Below, one piece after another: positions 25,467 to 39,019 of a stretch of DNA of 64,000 bases. A model generated the notes under the pieces. That model did no database searches and was not told where the DNA came from. It saw only the letters and a program-made list of their open reading frames with translations. Made by a program: the position numbers and the translations under genes. Source of the DNA: Euglena gracilis (lineage: Eukaryota); NCBI GenBank assembly GCA_039621445.1, contig CP154954.1, forward strand, positions 40,231,572-40,295,571, read 5' to 3'. Numbering within the stretch: position 1 is the first letter of the stretch; each line of letters opens with the position of its first letter.

Positions 25467-26350
25467 GTGGCCGAAGCGAGCAAATGGCCGCTGGCGTGGC
25501 CAAAGCAAGCAAATGGCCGCCGGTGTGGCCGAAGCAAGCAAATGGCCGCTGGCGTGGCCGAAGCAAGCAAATGGCCGCCGGTGTGGCCGAAGCAAGCAAA
25601 TGGCCGCTGGCGTGGCCGAAGCAAGCAAATGGCCGCTGGTGCGGCCGAAGCAAGCAAATGGTTGCTGGTGCAGCCGAAGCAATCAAATGGCCGCTGGTGC
25701 AGCCGAAGCAAGCAAATGGTTGCTGGTGCAGCCGAAGCAAGCAAATGGCCGCTGGTGCAGCCGAAGCAAGCAAATGGCCGCTGGCGTGGCCGAAGCAAGC
25801 AAATGGCCGCTGGTGCAGCCGAAGCAAGCAAATGGCCGCTGGTGCAGCCGAAGCAAGCAAATGGCCGCTGGCGTGGCCGAAGCAAGCAAATGGCCGCTGG
25901 CGTGGCCGAAGCAAGCAAATGGCTGCGAGTGCGGCCGAAGCAAGCAAATGGCCGCCGGTGTGGCCGAAGCAAGCAAATGGCCGCTGGTGCAGCCGAAGCA
26001 AGCAAATGGCCGCTGGCGCGGCCGAAGCAAGCAAATGGCCGCCGGTGTGGCCGAAGCAAGCAAATGGCCGCTGGTGTGGCCGAAGCAAGCAAATGGCCGC
26101 TGGCGTGGCCGAAGCAAGCAAATGGCCGCCGGTGTGGCCGAAGCAAGCAAATGGCCGCTGGTGCAGCCGAAGCAAGCAAATGGCCGCTGGTGCAGCCGAA
26201 GCAAGCAAATAGCCGCAGGTGCGGTCGAAGCAAGCAAATTGCTGGCTGCTAGCGCGGCCAAAGCGAGTAAATGGCCGGCGCGGCCGAATCAAGCAAATGG
26301 CTGCTTGTGCGGCAAATGGCTGCTAGCGCGGCCAAAGCGAGTAAATGGCT
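25467..26350 (+). repeat. 29-bp minisatellite, ~30 copies
   Basis: Unit GCCGAAGCAAGCAAATGGCCGCTGGCGTG with a variable last third; decays at the 3' end. Confidence 0.97.
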
Positions 26351-27000
26351 GGCGGTGCGGCTAAAGCGAAGAAGCAGGTGGCCAAAGTGCAGCAGCCACA
26401 AGCCACACAGCCAAAGCAATTGCTGTCTTCGGTGAGCAGGTTCAAACGGGTGGTGAACAAAATTCAGGGCAGGCTACAAGTGCCTGGCCGGCAGTTGCAT
26501 TATTGTGCGACGGCCCTGACCCATCCTGATAACCCTGCTGATGTTTGGTGGTGGTCAGCGTTGGGCCACAACTGGCTGCACCCACCGGTCGTGTGGTGGT
26601 TTGTGTGTTGCCTGCTTTTTGTTGTTTTCGGAGCTACCGATTCCCCCCCTGAAGGTTAGACAGGTTTGCCGGACGTCATTTACCCCATTTTGTTGGGGTT
26701 TTTGTGCGGTGTTGTGTTCCGTGGGACACATCCATCGGGGGTCGCCAGGCGGCAGTGGCGCCACCGCCGGCTGCTGGAGCCGCCGAAGCGGGCCCCGGCC
26801 GCAGGGGTCGACCCCGCAGCTCGGGGCCGCCGCGCGTCGGGACGTCACTGGCCCACAGCGCAGCGCAGCGGGCGAAGGAGCCCGCCGTGCCCATGGCGTT
26901 GCCCCCAGACGCCTGAAGACCTGAAGGTGTGGCACTGCCCCGAAACTCGATGCAGTCTTTGCTTCCATCCAACCCCAGGGTGCTGAGCGAGCGTTTAGGG

Positions 27001-27231
27001 CAGGGGTTTTTTTTAGTCGTGGGTAGGGTGGGTGGGTCCAGCCGAGCCCCCCCCCCTCGGGGGGGTGGGATATATTTTTCGGCGCCAAAGGCGCCGAATA
27101 AGTGCCATTTTTAGCATTTTCGCGATTTTCGGCCATTTTTTTTTGTGGGTCCCCCGGGACCCCCCCGTGGGGGGGGCAGGGGGTGGGTGGGTGGGGGTCC
27201 CCTCCCCCCCCAGTCTTGAAAAAAACCGCTG
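27001..27231. mobile_element. hAT-like MITE
   Basis: CAGGGGTTTTT...AAAAACCGCTG termini; perfect 8-bp TSD GTTTAGGG. Confidence 0.85.
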
Positions 27232-27678
27232 GTTTAGGGGCAACCACCCCCAACCCCTTCTCAGGGTGGGCGGGGAGGTCCGGAAACCCCTCTCAAAATT
27301 ACCAGAAAATTTTCTGCCCGGGCGCTTTGCACTGACAGATTTATGTTGCTATTGTCTGTTTTTGGGGGTTTCGGCGTTAAAAAAAAATCGACTTTTTGGC
27401 ATAATTGGCAGTTTTTTTTTTGGTTTTTTTTGTAGTTGTGATTGTTTTGATCCCCGGTTCGACGCTGTTTTGGCTTAGCTCCAGCCCGGGACCCCTACAG
27501 GGGGGGGGGTCAGCCAGCAGCGTTTTTTTTCCCGCCCAAATTTTCCAGCCTCTGTGCTGTGGACCCTGGGGGGGGGTGCATGAAACAACGTCCTGGTGGG
27601 AAGTTGTCAGGGCAGTCGACGTGTCAGGTGATAGATCCCTTTGGAGATTCAACTACGTTTTTTGCCTGTTTCTCTCAG

Positions 27679-27765
27679 GCATTTGCCAACAATGTGGAAG
27701 CGGCACATGATGTCCTTCGACAGATCCTGGAGGCCCTGGTCTTCATCCATTCTCCAGAGACACAG
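27679..27765 (+). CDS. Candidate protein-kinase exon or fragment (subdomain VIa / helix E-like)
   Basis: 87 nt following TTTCTCTCAG translate to AFANNVEAAHDVLRQILEALVFIHSPETQ, resembling the kinase motif QIxxALxxIHS. The donor would be GC. No adjoining HRD exon was found. Confidence 0.45.
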
Positions 27766-29089
27766 GCATTCGCCCCCTTCGGCTGTGTGGCTTTCCTTTT
27801 CTGTGTAGAACTCTCACCATTTTGGGTGTGGCAGCTGATATCTCCATCGGAGCCGCTGCAGCACCGTGAATCATCAACACCGCCGCACATCATCATCAAA
27901 CCTGCCCCCCCCCCTACTTTATACCCACCTTGGGCCACAACAATTGCAGGAACCCCAAAGCTGTCACGGCCCGTTGTTTTTTTTTGACGTTTCACTGATA
28001 TGCAATCTACAAGGATTGTTCTGTGGAGTAATGGCCAGCGATATATTTTATCTGAATTTCATGCCCCCACGCCCCGGCGTATGCCGAAAAATTGCTGAAA
28101 TTTTGGGGGTGTGGGTGTTGACTAGCAACGGTTCAGGGATTCTGGGGGGGTGGGGCCAGCGACCTGGTCCCGGGCTGGTTCACTTTTTGGATTTTCGCGC
28201 TGCCGAAAATCTTGAATTGCCAACGGGGGGGGGGGGGGGGGGTCGCCCCTGGGTGACCCCCCTCCCCCCCCCCCCCCCCAAAAAAACCCCAGTCTAAAAC
28301 CCCCCCCCACGCCCCCCGAAAAATCCCCCCCCCCCCCTGGGGGGGGGCCCCCCTGGGGGGGGGTGGTGGGGGGGGGGTCTTAAAAGAGCCCCATTGTGGC
28401 AATGGCCAAAATCCGGCACCCCCCCCCCCCCCCGGTACATTGTGTTGACACACCCCCCCCTCAAATGCACGAAATTGCAGGGGGTGTGAGAACCCCCCCC
28501 CGGGGGTGGTTGCGGTGGCGGAAAAAACCCCCAAGAGCAAAAAAAATAAAAAAAAAATTGTGCAAGAAAACCCCCCCCTCATACCACACGTCGCCCCCAT
28601 CTATGACCACCCCCCGGTCACAGGTTGCAGGTCATGGGTGTTATGACCACCCCCCCTCACAGTTTGCAGGTTGCGAAAAAATTTAACCCCCAGTCCCCCA
28701 CTGGCCGGTCCGTGCAAAAATCCATGAAATGGACCCCCAAAATAAGTTCCCCCTATGCGCGAAGCCGGATTTTGAAAAATGGGACATTTTAAAAATGCCA
28801 TTTTGACACTTTTCACACGCCTACGACCACCCCCCATCTATGACAGCCCCGGTCACAGGTTGCAGGTCATGGGGGTGTTATGACCACCCCCCCCCAGGGT
28901 TGCAGGAACCCGGTCATACGACAATTTTGTAGCCTGTTCCTCCAGTCCCCCGCCTTGATCTAAATCCATCCATCAAAATGTCATAAATGGCAAAAAATCA
29001 TATTTTTTTTGTTTTTCATCGACCTAGCCCAGACAGACCCGGACCCCCTGGGGAGGTTCTTAAGAAAACCCCTGACCTGGCCCGCAGCG

Positions 29090-30165
29090 CACTACACTTT
29101 CCCCAGAATCCTGTGCGGTTGTCCCTCCCCACACCCCCGCGACATTCAGATCCTCCCCATGAAGGAGAAGGAGGGAAACAAAGGAAAAGGAAAAAACGAA
29201 GAAGTCAAAAGAGGAAGGAAGAAGATGACGTAAGGAAGAAGGGGACGAATCAAGAAGGAAGAAGAGAAAAGAAGAAGAAGAAGGAAGCCGATGATGGAAT
29301 AAGTAAGAGGAAGATGAAGGAGGAGGAGGAAGAGCAAGGAATGATCGAAGAAGCAGGCAGAATGAGGAAGAAAGTAGGATGAGGAAGGAAGCCATAGCCA
29401 GCCCAACACCCACCTCCTCCCCGCCAGCCCAGTGCCCCGTGCTACCACAAAGCAGCTTGTGGTGGACGTTTTTTTTTGTGAATTGGACACGTTGTTGTTT
29501 CCCCCAGGTGGACGTTCATTACAGGAACAAAGCAGAGCATGTTTTTTTTTTGAGCAAGCTTGCGCGCGCACACACACACATGCACACACACGCACACACA
29601 CGAACGCACGCACGCACGCACGCGCGCACACACACGCGCATATGCACCCACAGGCAGAGCGGACAATAGTTTGTGGTGCAGTTTGGGGGAGTTTGGGGGC
29701 ATTTTGGGGGGCAGAGGGGCACTGAAGGGGAGGCAGCGGCGGCCAGGCGGCGCAGGAGCGGGGGCAAGCGAAGGAGCGGGGGGCGGGCTGCGGTCTTCCC
29801 CCACCTCCACCTGCCCACCGGTCCGCTCGCTGTCAGGTGTGTGCTGCTGCATCAGCAGGAAGGGGGGCTGGGCTGTGTGCAAGTGTGCGCCTTCCGCTTC
29901 AGCAGAAAGAAACCGACAACAGTGTCAAGGAAAAACACACGTAGCGGATTGCCTGGTTGCCTGGTTTTCAAATCAGAAATGCTGTGCCCCGCATAATCTC
30001 ATGCTGGCTTTTTGGATAACATCTTTGTCATTATTGGGGAGCTCCGGTGTTATTAGTTGCTTCCTGGAGCTTTGCACGGGAACACTTTTGTTTTTGTCAT
30101 CTGCTTTTGTCAATTTGGCGAAAATCCCCTGAAAATGCAATTTTGGGAGCTTTTCGAAGCCACCC
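29090..30165 (+). repeat. Family X copy
   Basis: Collinear with 37340-38445 and 21910-23420. Confidence 0.85.
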
Positions 30166-30479
30166 AAAAGATTGTGTGATCTGCTTTGGGCAGGGCTTTT
30201 CCCCCCAGGTCTGTTAATCCCCCTCCCCCCACCCGGGGGTAGGGGGAGTGGGGTGGACCTGGTTGCTGCCCCCCTTGAAAACCTCATCACAGGGTGGACA
30301 AAAATTATGGCGGACAAGAAGTTTTGGTAACCCCTCCCCCAATTTACCATACTCATTCTTGCCATAATGTTCGGCCGGTGCTGGTTTCTGACCAACGCTC
30401 AGCACCTGTGTGACCCCTCCCCCTGCCTCCAGTGGGTGGCTGAGTGGTTGACCCCACCGCGGGGATGGGGTAGGTTTTG

Positions 30480-30972
30480 CAGGGGGGGGGGGAAATGCGT
30501 TTCGCATTTTTTCGCACTTTTGCGCATTTTTTGCGCATTTTTCAAATTTTCCAAAAATGCGCATTTTTGCGCATTTTTTCGCATTTTTTGCGCATTTTTT
30601 CATTTTTTTCAGCGCATTTTTTTGCTTTTTGGCACATCGTGATTTTCCAAAATTTTCGCATTTTTTGACCATTTTTGCAATTTTTTGCAAAAATTTGAAA
30701 TTTTTCGAATTTTTTTGAAACTTACTTTTTTTTCTTTATTACATTTCTTTCTCTTCAAATTTGGTGCCATTTTTGCATGTTTTTGGGTAATTTTTGCATT
30801 TTCGTGATTTTTGAGCATTTTTCTCGGATTTTGCACATTTTTGCGCATTTTTTTTTTTCCAAAAATGCGGCATTTTTTGCGCCATTTTTTTGCGCATTTT
30901 TGCCGGCAGTTGTTGCGGCAGTTTGGCGACATTTTTTCCGAGGCCGGCGAGCGCACGTTTTCCCCCCCCCTG
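30480..30972. mobile_element. hAT-like MITE with low-complexity TTTTTGCGCA interior
   Basis: CAG(G)nAAATGCG ... CGCACGTTTT(C)nTG termini; GTTTTG on both flanks. A similar element lies at ~43607-44054. Confidence 0.6.
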
Positions 30973-31165
30973 GTTTTGCCTGGCTGAAGGCCAGCCGGAA
31001 AATTTTTCTGTGTTTGCGGCCGGTTTGACTGGTGGGCGGGTGGGTGGATGGGCGGTTGACCCGGGGGGGGGGTGTGGGTGGGTGGGTTTTCAAAAAAATG
31101 AAGGTGGGTTTGGTCTGTGTACGAGCCAAAGAATGTTCGACACATTGCAAAAAAGTGCTCAGAAG

Positions 31166-31453
31166 CAGGCTGTATTTTAGTCGGGTGCCGACCCCATCCC
31201 GGGGGGGGTGCCTGCCTGGGCAGGCACTCCAAGCCACTCCAAATCTGACCCCCCCGGGGGGGGGGTTGGGCACATGGCCAAAAGTGCCCTAGCACAACCC
31301 CGGCGCCGAAGGCGCCAGAGCCGAAAATGGCCTATAAAGGAATGTGCCTGGGCACAGGCCGAAATCCGACCCCCCCCCCTGGGGGGTAGTGCCTGCCTGG
31401 GCAGGCACTCCGGACCCCCCCTCCCCCCAGGGTTGGTAAAAAAAAACAGCCTG
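31166..31453. mobile_element. hAT-like MITE
   Basis: CAGGCTG...CAGCCTG termini; perfect 8-bp TSD CTCAGAAG. Confidence 0.88.
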
Positions 31454-32949
31454 CTCAGAAGTGGTTGAATACCAAATTTTACCAAAATATTTTTTTGTCC
31501 ACTCCTGCTTTTTTGTTTGCCTAGCAAGCTTTTTTGCAATTTTCAGGTGAAAATGAATATGAAGACGGGAAAACCCAAGACATTAGTTTTGGGTCTGTTT
31601 GAGCCTGAGGGGCCTGAGGACCTGAGGGGTTTGGAGGTTGTTGAGCGTTTTCCCATTGGGGGTTGGTGGTGACCGGATTTTTTTTGTTGAAAGGGGACTG
31701 CAGCACGCTGCAGTTTTCCCCAGAATTTGAAGTGTGCCAAGTGTGGCCTGTTGCCGCGGATGTCGGGCGCGATCGGGGTCCGTAAACTTGCAACTGCGGC
31801 AACGTGCGCACCCAGACTGTTTCGGGACGGCGGGGGTTGGGGGGCGGGTTTGGCAGGCAGATTGCAGCACCTGCCCCGCGGCATCAGGCCACCGCCAACG
31901 GAAAGGCCACCACCCCCCTTCCCCCCCCCCACCGCAGCAGATCCGCCGCGGCCGGGCGCCCCAATGGTGTTGTTGGGGTTGTTGGAATCCTCAATTTTGG
32001 TTACCTTGGCCTCTGCGGAGGCTCCGCGGAGGCTGGGTACCTGCGGAGGCAACCAATTTTGTGTGCGGGCCACATCTGGAAAAAAATAAATAATGTACCT
32101 CCCCCCCCCCCACAGGCCTCCCCCCTCCCCACCCCCCTCCCCTCTCCCCCCCTACAGCCCAACCCCCCTGCCCCACCCCGCTCCCCAATGACAGAATCCT
32201 TTTGTGTGGACAAAGTTTGATGGACGTGACGTAAATGGCAAACAGGTAAATGGTAAAAGCAAATTCAGGCGGACATGCTGTTTTTGTGGCAAACGGATAA
32301 ATGGTTTTCAACAAGGTTGGCGGGCATGGCGTTAATAGCAAAGGGATAAACAGTCTGCTCCACATCAGGCGGACATGGCGTATTTGTGGCAAATGGCAAA
32401 TGGCGTTTTTATGGAAGCATGTGAGATGGAAAAAGAAGGTTTTTTTTTTGTGGGGATGTGGGCGGTGGCGGGGTGAAAACAAAATTTGAATTTTTTTAGG
32501 GGATACAAGGGCAAAAAAAATGGGAAAAAATCCTCCTTTTTTCGGTGGGGTAGGGGGTGGGGGAGAAACCCCCCAAAATGTTTTTTTGTTTAATTGCTTT
32601 TCTTGCGGAGGGTTGGGGGTGCAAAAATTAGAAATCAATTCCTTCTGGGCGTTAGTGTGGGCCCCGGGCATTTCACGTGACAAATCCGCGTTCAGTTCTT
32701 TGTCCATAACATGCGGGGAATGGTGGGTGGGTCCAGCTGAGCAAAGTACACCCCCCGGGAGGGCATACTTTTTGGTGGGGTAAAATTTTCTGAAAAGGCG
32801 TTCTTTTTACCATTTTTTTCCGCGATTTTTTTGGCCATTTTCAAGGGCTTCCCCAAGGGGTGTAGGGGGGGGGGGAGCCTGAGCCCCTCCCCCCAGCTCA
32901 GGCTTCGCAGAAGCAACCCAAAAGTTAGGATTCTACTTGCGCGGTGGAC

Positions 32950-34590
32950 ACATGTGGTTGTCCCTCCCCATCCCCCTCGGCATTCAGGTCCCCTCCACCA
33001 TGCAGCGCCGCGTCGCCGCCAACGCCCACCTCCCCTTGCCAGTCCAATGCCCCCTGCCACCAGAAAGCAACCTGCGGTTGTGTTTTTTTTTTGTGAGCTG
33101 GATCTGTCTTTGGTGGCCATGTAATGCACTACAGGCAAAAAGTTGTGCATTTTTTTTGAGAACGCTTGTGCACATACACACACATACACACACATACAAA
33201 CACATGTACACGCAAACACACATACACGCAACCGCACACCCACACCCACACCCACACCCACCCACACCCACACCCACACATGTGCACACGTACGCACATG
33301 CACACATACCCACATGCACATATGCACAGTGCAGGGGGGACAACACAGTTTGTGGTGGTTTTGGCTTTCCTGGTTGGGTTTGTGTGAGCAGGGGGCACTG
33401 AAGGGAGGCAGCGGCGGCCAGGCGGCGCAGGAGCGGGGGCAAGCGAAGGAGCGGGGGTGCTCAGACCACCTTTTCAACGGTCATCTTGGGGAGGTATATG
33501 TTGTGTGCGTTTTTTAGAATTTTTTTCGAAATATTCGAAACTTCGGAGAATTTCTGAAGCCTGGTTCGGCGAAATATTGACGCTGCGCTGGTTCTTACCC
33601 ACATTTTGGCAAAGTGGGTACCTCCCCCCCCCCCCAGTGCTCACCCATCTTTTCCATTGATTAGACAGGGGGGGGTAAAACCGGCCAAGGTCATTGCTGA
33701 AAAAAATAATGCTTCCCCTCCCCCCCCCCAAAACCAAGAAGGGATTGCAGGCAGCCCATGGGCCACGCCACTGGGCATATGATGCCATTGCCAGGCACTC
33801 AACAGTCCCACGCCACGCCAAGCTGGAAAGAAGCCAGCGTGGGCGACGGAGGGTTGAAAGTCCGTGTTGAGTTTGTTTCCTCCTGCTTACCTTGCTGGGC
33901 TTCACGCTTGCCTTGCCACCTTGGGTCCTTTGCAACCTTGCCACGCTGCAACCTTTCAACGCTTGCATTGGGCCTCTTTGAGTGGCCCTCTTTCTGCGGT
34001 GCTCCCGTGCCGCGCCCGTTTCTATTGCCTTTCCAACCGTGTGGTTGGCCTCCCTCTACCATGCCGTTGTTGGCATTTGCCTGCCCTTCAACCCGGTTCC
34101 TCTTGCCACCTCTTGCCACCCCCTGCCATCTGCCACCTTGGGCCCAGCCAGCAATGGGTGAGTGCAAGAATGAATAATGGTAATGAGGAAGGGAACAATA
34201 AGGGTAAGCAGCGGGGGGTTAGCCAGTTCGGTGATTTGCCCTGGCATATGTTGTCTGTTTGATCCGACTGACTGATGCTTGGATTGCCTGCTGACAAAAT
34301 GTTTTGGGGGTGGCATTGGCCCAGGGCTGCAATCCCGGCTGCACCCACAGATGTTTGCTGAAGAAAAGTTGTTGTTTAAAGGGCAGAGCACCCCCCGGGG
34401 GGTAATGCCTGCCTGGGCAGGCACTCAAAGGCCCCCCGGCCCCCCCCCCCCCCCCGGGGTTGGTAAAGAACAACCTGGCGCCCCCGGCGTTGATGACTGC
34501 AGCCGGAGGCGGGCAGCGGCGGCCGCATATCACAAGCTGATGGCAGCCCAGAGGTGCGTGTGTGCGTGGGGCCCATGTCTGTCAAAACCT
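32950..34590 (+). repeat. Local segmental duplication, copy 1
   Basis: Nearly identical to ~39020-40693. The ORF track gives identical translations (e.g. 33799-34167 and 39899-40267). Confidence 0.95.
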
Positions 34591-34811
34591 TATACCAGGG
34601 TTCTTTCTCACCTTCAGACGGATTTTCTGGGTTGTGCTGCCTTCCTTTCAGAAATTTCTGCTTTTTTATAGATGTTGTCCCCCGAAGCGTCAAAATTTTC
34701 TTTTCCGGCGCTCTGCACGGAAACTTTTTTGGGGGCATTTTTCGGGAAAATTTGCCCCAAAATGTGCCCCAAATAATATTTTTGGGTCAATTTGGGGTGA
34801 CATCCCCCCAT

Positions 34812-35111
34812 CAGGCTTGTGCTTAGTCGGGTGCCTACCCCACGGGGGGGGGGTGCTAGGGGCAGGCACCCCATAGCACCCGATCCGACCCCCCCGGGGG
34901 GGGTAAGGTTTTGGGGGTGCCTGCCCCTAGCAGGCACCCCCCTCCGACCCCGGCGCCTTCGGCGCCGGGGGCCCGGAAACGGCCATTTTCAATCAAAATT
35001 TTCTGGGTCCGGCCCGGACCCCTATCCCCCCCGGGGGGGGTGTGCCTGCTAGGGGCAGGCACCCTATAGCATACCCCCCCCTCCCCCCCCCGGTTGGTAA
35101 GCACAAGCATG
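34812..35111. mobile_element. hAT-like MITE with an empty-site paralog in the window
   Basis: TIR CAGGCTTGTGCTTA / TAAGCACAAGCATG; TSD CCCCCCAT on both sides. The uninterrupted site is at ~40935-40960. Confidence 0.9.
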
Positions 35112-35419
35112 CCCCCCATCCCTTCTCGCCAGGCGAAAGATCAGTCTGTTTGGCCGCCCCATTGTTCAGGTTGGGGATTGATCATTTTGTCCCGGGTGCT
35201 TGCGGATGGGGGGAAAACGGTGGATATCCTGTGAAAGAGTTGGTGTCCGTCTCCAAACGGTTTTACACCAGGGGGTGGGGGCACTTTCAGAACTGCTGGG
35301 ATCAGCTTCTTTTCCATTTCTTCGCACCTTCAGACGGATTTTCTGGGTTGTGCTGCCTTCCTTTCAGGAAATTCTGCTTTTTTATACATAAATTTTTTGA
35401 AACTTTTTCAAGGGAGTTT

Positions 35420-35600
35420 CAACAGAGCTGGGTTGGGAAATGCACCTTTCCCTGCCAGCAAACCAGACCTGTACACGTCTTCTGGGTTGCACTTGGGAAA
35501 TCATCTTGAGTCCATTTGCTTGTTTATTGGGGAATCTGCTCCCTTGGTGAAATCAGTTGCTTTCTTGAAAGAAATGAATCGATGAAAGAAAGCTTACAAA
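35420..35600 (-). pseudogene. Possible remnant of a Polinton/Maverick-type family B DNA polymerase
   Basis: Manual translation with one frameshift and one stop: KLSFIDSF...FPKCNPEDVYRSGLLAGKGAFPN. This echoes the FIDS and LLxxKGxFPY motifs. Confidence 0.35.
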
Positions 35601-37339
35601 TTTGGGCCGAGCCCATTTTGATCCGCAACCCAGCCATTTAGGGGGTGATGAGTCATCAGGCAAAGATCTTCAGGAGTAGCTTTTTTATGTTGTTTTTTTT
35701 GAAGGGTTTTTTGAGGGTTTTTAAGGCATTACCAAAATTTGAAGAATTTTTCAAGGCGTCTGTTTTTCAAATGTCAAAGTGCTTTTCGGACATCGAACCA
35801 ACGTGGGGCCAGGTTGAAGAGCATTTTTTTTTCGAGCTTTGAGTGGTTGTACAATGTTCCAGCGATGCCAAAAAGCATTTTTTTCCCCGCAGTTGACCTG
35901 TTTCTGCCGAGTTTTTGCAATTTCTTTTTTGCTCAAAATTCGAAAATTTTTTCCCTGGCCAATTTTTTTTTTCAGGTTTCTGAGGTTTTTGAAGGGTTTT
36001 TGAAGGGTTTTTTTAAAGGTTTTTTGAGGCGCTTTGAAAAAAATTTCATGGAGGTGGTGCCACCACAACCGCTTCTCAATGCTCTGAAGAGCAACGTTGC
36101 CAATTTTCAAAGATAACTTGGGGGTTGGTGCATTATTTTGGATAAAATTTCAGGCATTTTGCTTGGTGCAATTTTTGCGGTTTCGGTTCCCTGGTTCCCG
36201 GTTCGACCCCGGTCAGGCTTAGGTTGGTGACCAGCTGGCAGCTTTTTTTTTTCCACCGCCTGCCTTGCTTGGCCAAAGGGGTGGCAGGACCATAGGTTCG
36301 TTTAATGCCCGCGCGACCTCACCTCCCCCCCCCCCGCTTTCCCAAAAGGGAAGGGGGGGTGGACAGGAGAGCTGGCGTCAATCTGGCCCAGCTGAAGCAC
36401 CCCCATCAAGTTTTAGCTTTTTCAAGCGCTTAGCTTTTGGAGGCGCAAAAAAAAAAAGAAACAGGACCAAAATGGGCCAGCAAGGTCAAATTATGGTCAT
36501 TTTTTCTTGCATAATTGGCATTTTGCAGGGGAGGGGGGTGCAAGTGCCACTTTGCGGTTTGTGGCTTTCAATTTTGGCAAGAATTGTGTGTGCTTTTTTC
36601 CCGGCCATTTTTGGGATTTTTGTTGGTGAAATTTTGGCACCATTCTGTCTCTGAAAACAAAGAATTTTGTTAATTTGGCGGTTTGCCTGCCCCCCCCCCC
36701 CCCCGTTGGTGTGAATGGTTTCGCAACCCAACCAACCCACCACCGGCCCACCACCAGCCTCCCACTGCCCCACTGCTCCCCCGAATGCACGTGGATGCAT
36801 TGGGCTGAGCGCTCAATTAGGTAATTTGGTGTCCCAGGGCCCTCACAAACGATCTGGACGGCTGCCAGCCAACCGGACCCGCTTGGCTGGGGGTCCAGCC
36901 AAGCGTGCCTGCACTTTTTCCAGCCAGGAGCTCCCAACCGGTCTGTGGGCCCACCCCAAGGTCCGATGACACAATCTATTGTTTCGGCTGTTGCTTGTGG
37001 AGAGGCAACGTTCCGGTGATGCCAGGAAGCTTTTTTCCCCCAGGAGTTGGCTTGTTTGTGTTCTGTTTTTGCCGAGATTTTGTCAGAGAAAAATCTTCCA
37101 GAATGCATTTTTAAAGGTCTTTTAAATGTTTTTCTGCTGTGTTTTAAGGCATTTCGGCCAAATGTGGTTCATCATTGAAAGCTTTTTTTAAATCATTTTC
37201 TGAAGACATTTTGGCTAAACAACTTTTTAAAAGGGGGTTTCAAAGTTTTCCAAATGATCATGAGAAGGAAAGTTGCGTGGCTTGGAGGCTAAATTTTTCC
37301 TGTTGGGGCTGGATGTGACTAGTTTCTTTTGAAGGCGAC

Positions 37340-38445
37340 GCTGCACTTTCCCCAGAATTTTGTGTGGTTGTCCCTCCCCACACCCCTCGGCATTCAGGTC
37401 CTCTCCAAGAACGAAAAGGAGGAAAACGAAGGAAAAAGAAGAAGATGACGTAAGGAAGAAGGTGATGAAATGAGAAGGAAGAAGAAAAAGGAAGAAGAAG
37501 AAGAAGAAGAAGACGGAAAAGGAAGAAGAAGAAGGAAGCAGATGATGGAATGAGAAAAGGAAGGTGAAGGAGGAGGTGGAAGAAGGCAGAAAGAAGACGT
37601 TGAAGGAAGAAGAAGAAGGAGAAGGGGAAGGAGAAGGAGAAGGAAGAAAGAAGAAGTTGAAGGAAGAAGGAATGATTGAAGAAGCAGGAGGAAGAAGAGG
37701 GAAGAAAATCGGATGAGGAAGGAAGCCATTGCCAGCCCAACGCCCACCTCCCCCCCAGCCAGTGCCCCGTGCTACCCCACAACAGCTTGTGGTTGACGTT
37801 TTTTTTTGTGAATTGGACGCGTTGTTTTTTCCCCCAGGTGGACATTCATTACAGGAACAAACACACACGCGCACGCACACGCGCACACACACGCGCGCGC
37901 ATATGCACTTTCAGCAAGGTGCGTGGAACACACACCACATGCAGCCCGGACAAGTTTGTGGTGGAGTTTGTGCTTTTGGTTTGTTTGTGTGAGCTGGGGG
38001 CACTGAAGGGAGGCAGCGGCGGCCAGGCGGCGCAGGAGCGGGGGCAAGCGAAGGAGCGGGGGCGGGCTGCGCTGTTCCCCCACCTCCATCTGCCCACCGG
38101 TCCGCTCGCTGCCAGGTGTGTGCTGCTTCATCAATGGGAAGGGGGGCTGGGCTGTGTGCAAGTGTGCGCATTCCGCTTCAGCAGAAAGAAACCGACAACA
38201 GTGTCAAGGAAAAACACATGCAGCGGATTGCCTGGTTGCCCGGTTCTCAAATCAAAAATGCTGAGCCCCGCATAATCTCATGCTGGCTTTTTGGATAATA
38301 TCTTTGTCATTATTGGGGAGCTCCGGTGTTATTAGTTGCTTCCTGGAGCTTTGCACCGGAAAACTTTTGTTTTTGTCATCTGCTTTTGTCAATTTGGTGA
38401 AAATCTCCCTGAAAATGCAATTTTGGGAGCTTTTCGAAGCCACTC
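37340..38445 (+). repeat. Family X copy
   Basis: Collinear with 29090-30165. Confidence 0.85.
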
Positions 38446-38457
38446 AAAACATTGATC

Positions 38458-38705
38458 CAGGCTTGTGCTTAGTTGGGTGGCTACCCCACGGGGGGGCCCA
38501 CCCATCCAACCCCCCCGGGGGGGTCGCGGTTTTGGGGGTGCCTGCCGTAGCAGGCACCCCCCTCCGACCCCTGCGCCTTTGGCGCCAGGGGCCCGGAAGA
38601 GGCCATTTTCAATGAAAATTTTCTGGGTCCCCCCTACAAACCCCCGGGGGGGGGGGTGTGCAGCGCCCGCCCACCCCCCCCCCCCAGTCGGTAAGCACAA
38701 GCCTG
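38458..38705. mobile_element. hAT-like MITE, same family as 34812-35111
   Basis: TIR CAGGCTTGTGCTTA / TAAGCACAAGCCTG; degenerate TSD CATTGATC / TTCTGATC. Confidence 0.8.
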
Positions 38706-39019
38706 TTCTGATCTGATGTGCTGATCCCCCAAATGTTTTTGTTTTGGTCTGTTTCTTTTTTTGCGGAGGGTTGGGGGTGCAAAAATTAAAACTAAAAATT
38801 TATCTCTTTCTGGGCGTTAGTGTGGGGGTCGTGGGGAGGGTGTGCCTCCCCCCGGGCAAGGGTCCCCCTGAACCCTGGAACCCCCCAGGGGGTGGGTGTG
38901 GGGGGACCCCCGGTTCTTTTTTTTTGAAAAAGCCCGCTGAGGCTCCGCGGAGGCTGGTAACCCTGGGCTCTGCGGAGGCGCGGAGGCTACCAAAAAAAAG
39001 TCAGGATTCTGCGCGGTAG

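Noticed and set aside
25467-26350. CRISPR array
   Set aside because: Repeats are contiguous with only a few recurring variants; there are no unique spacers and no cas genes.
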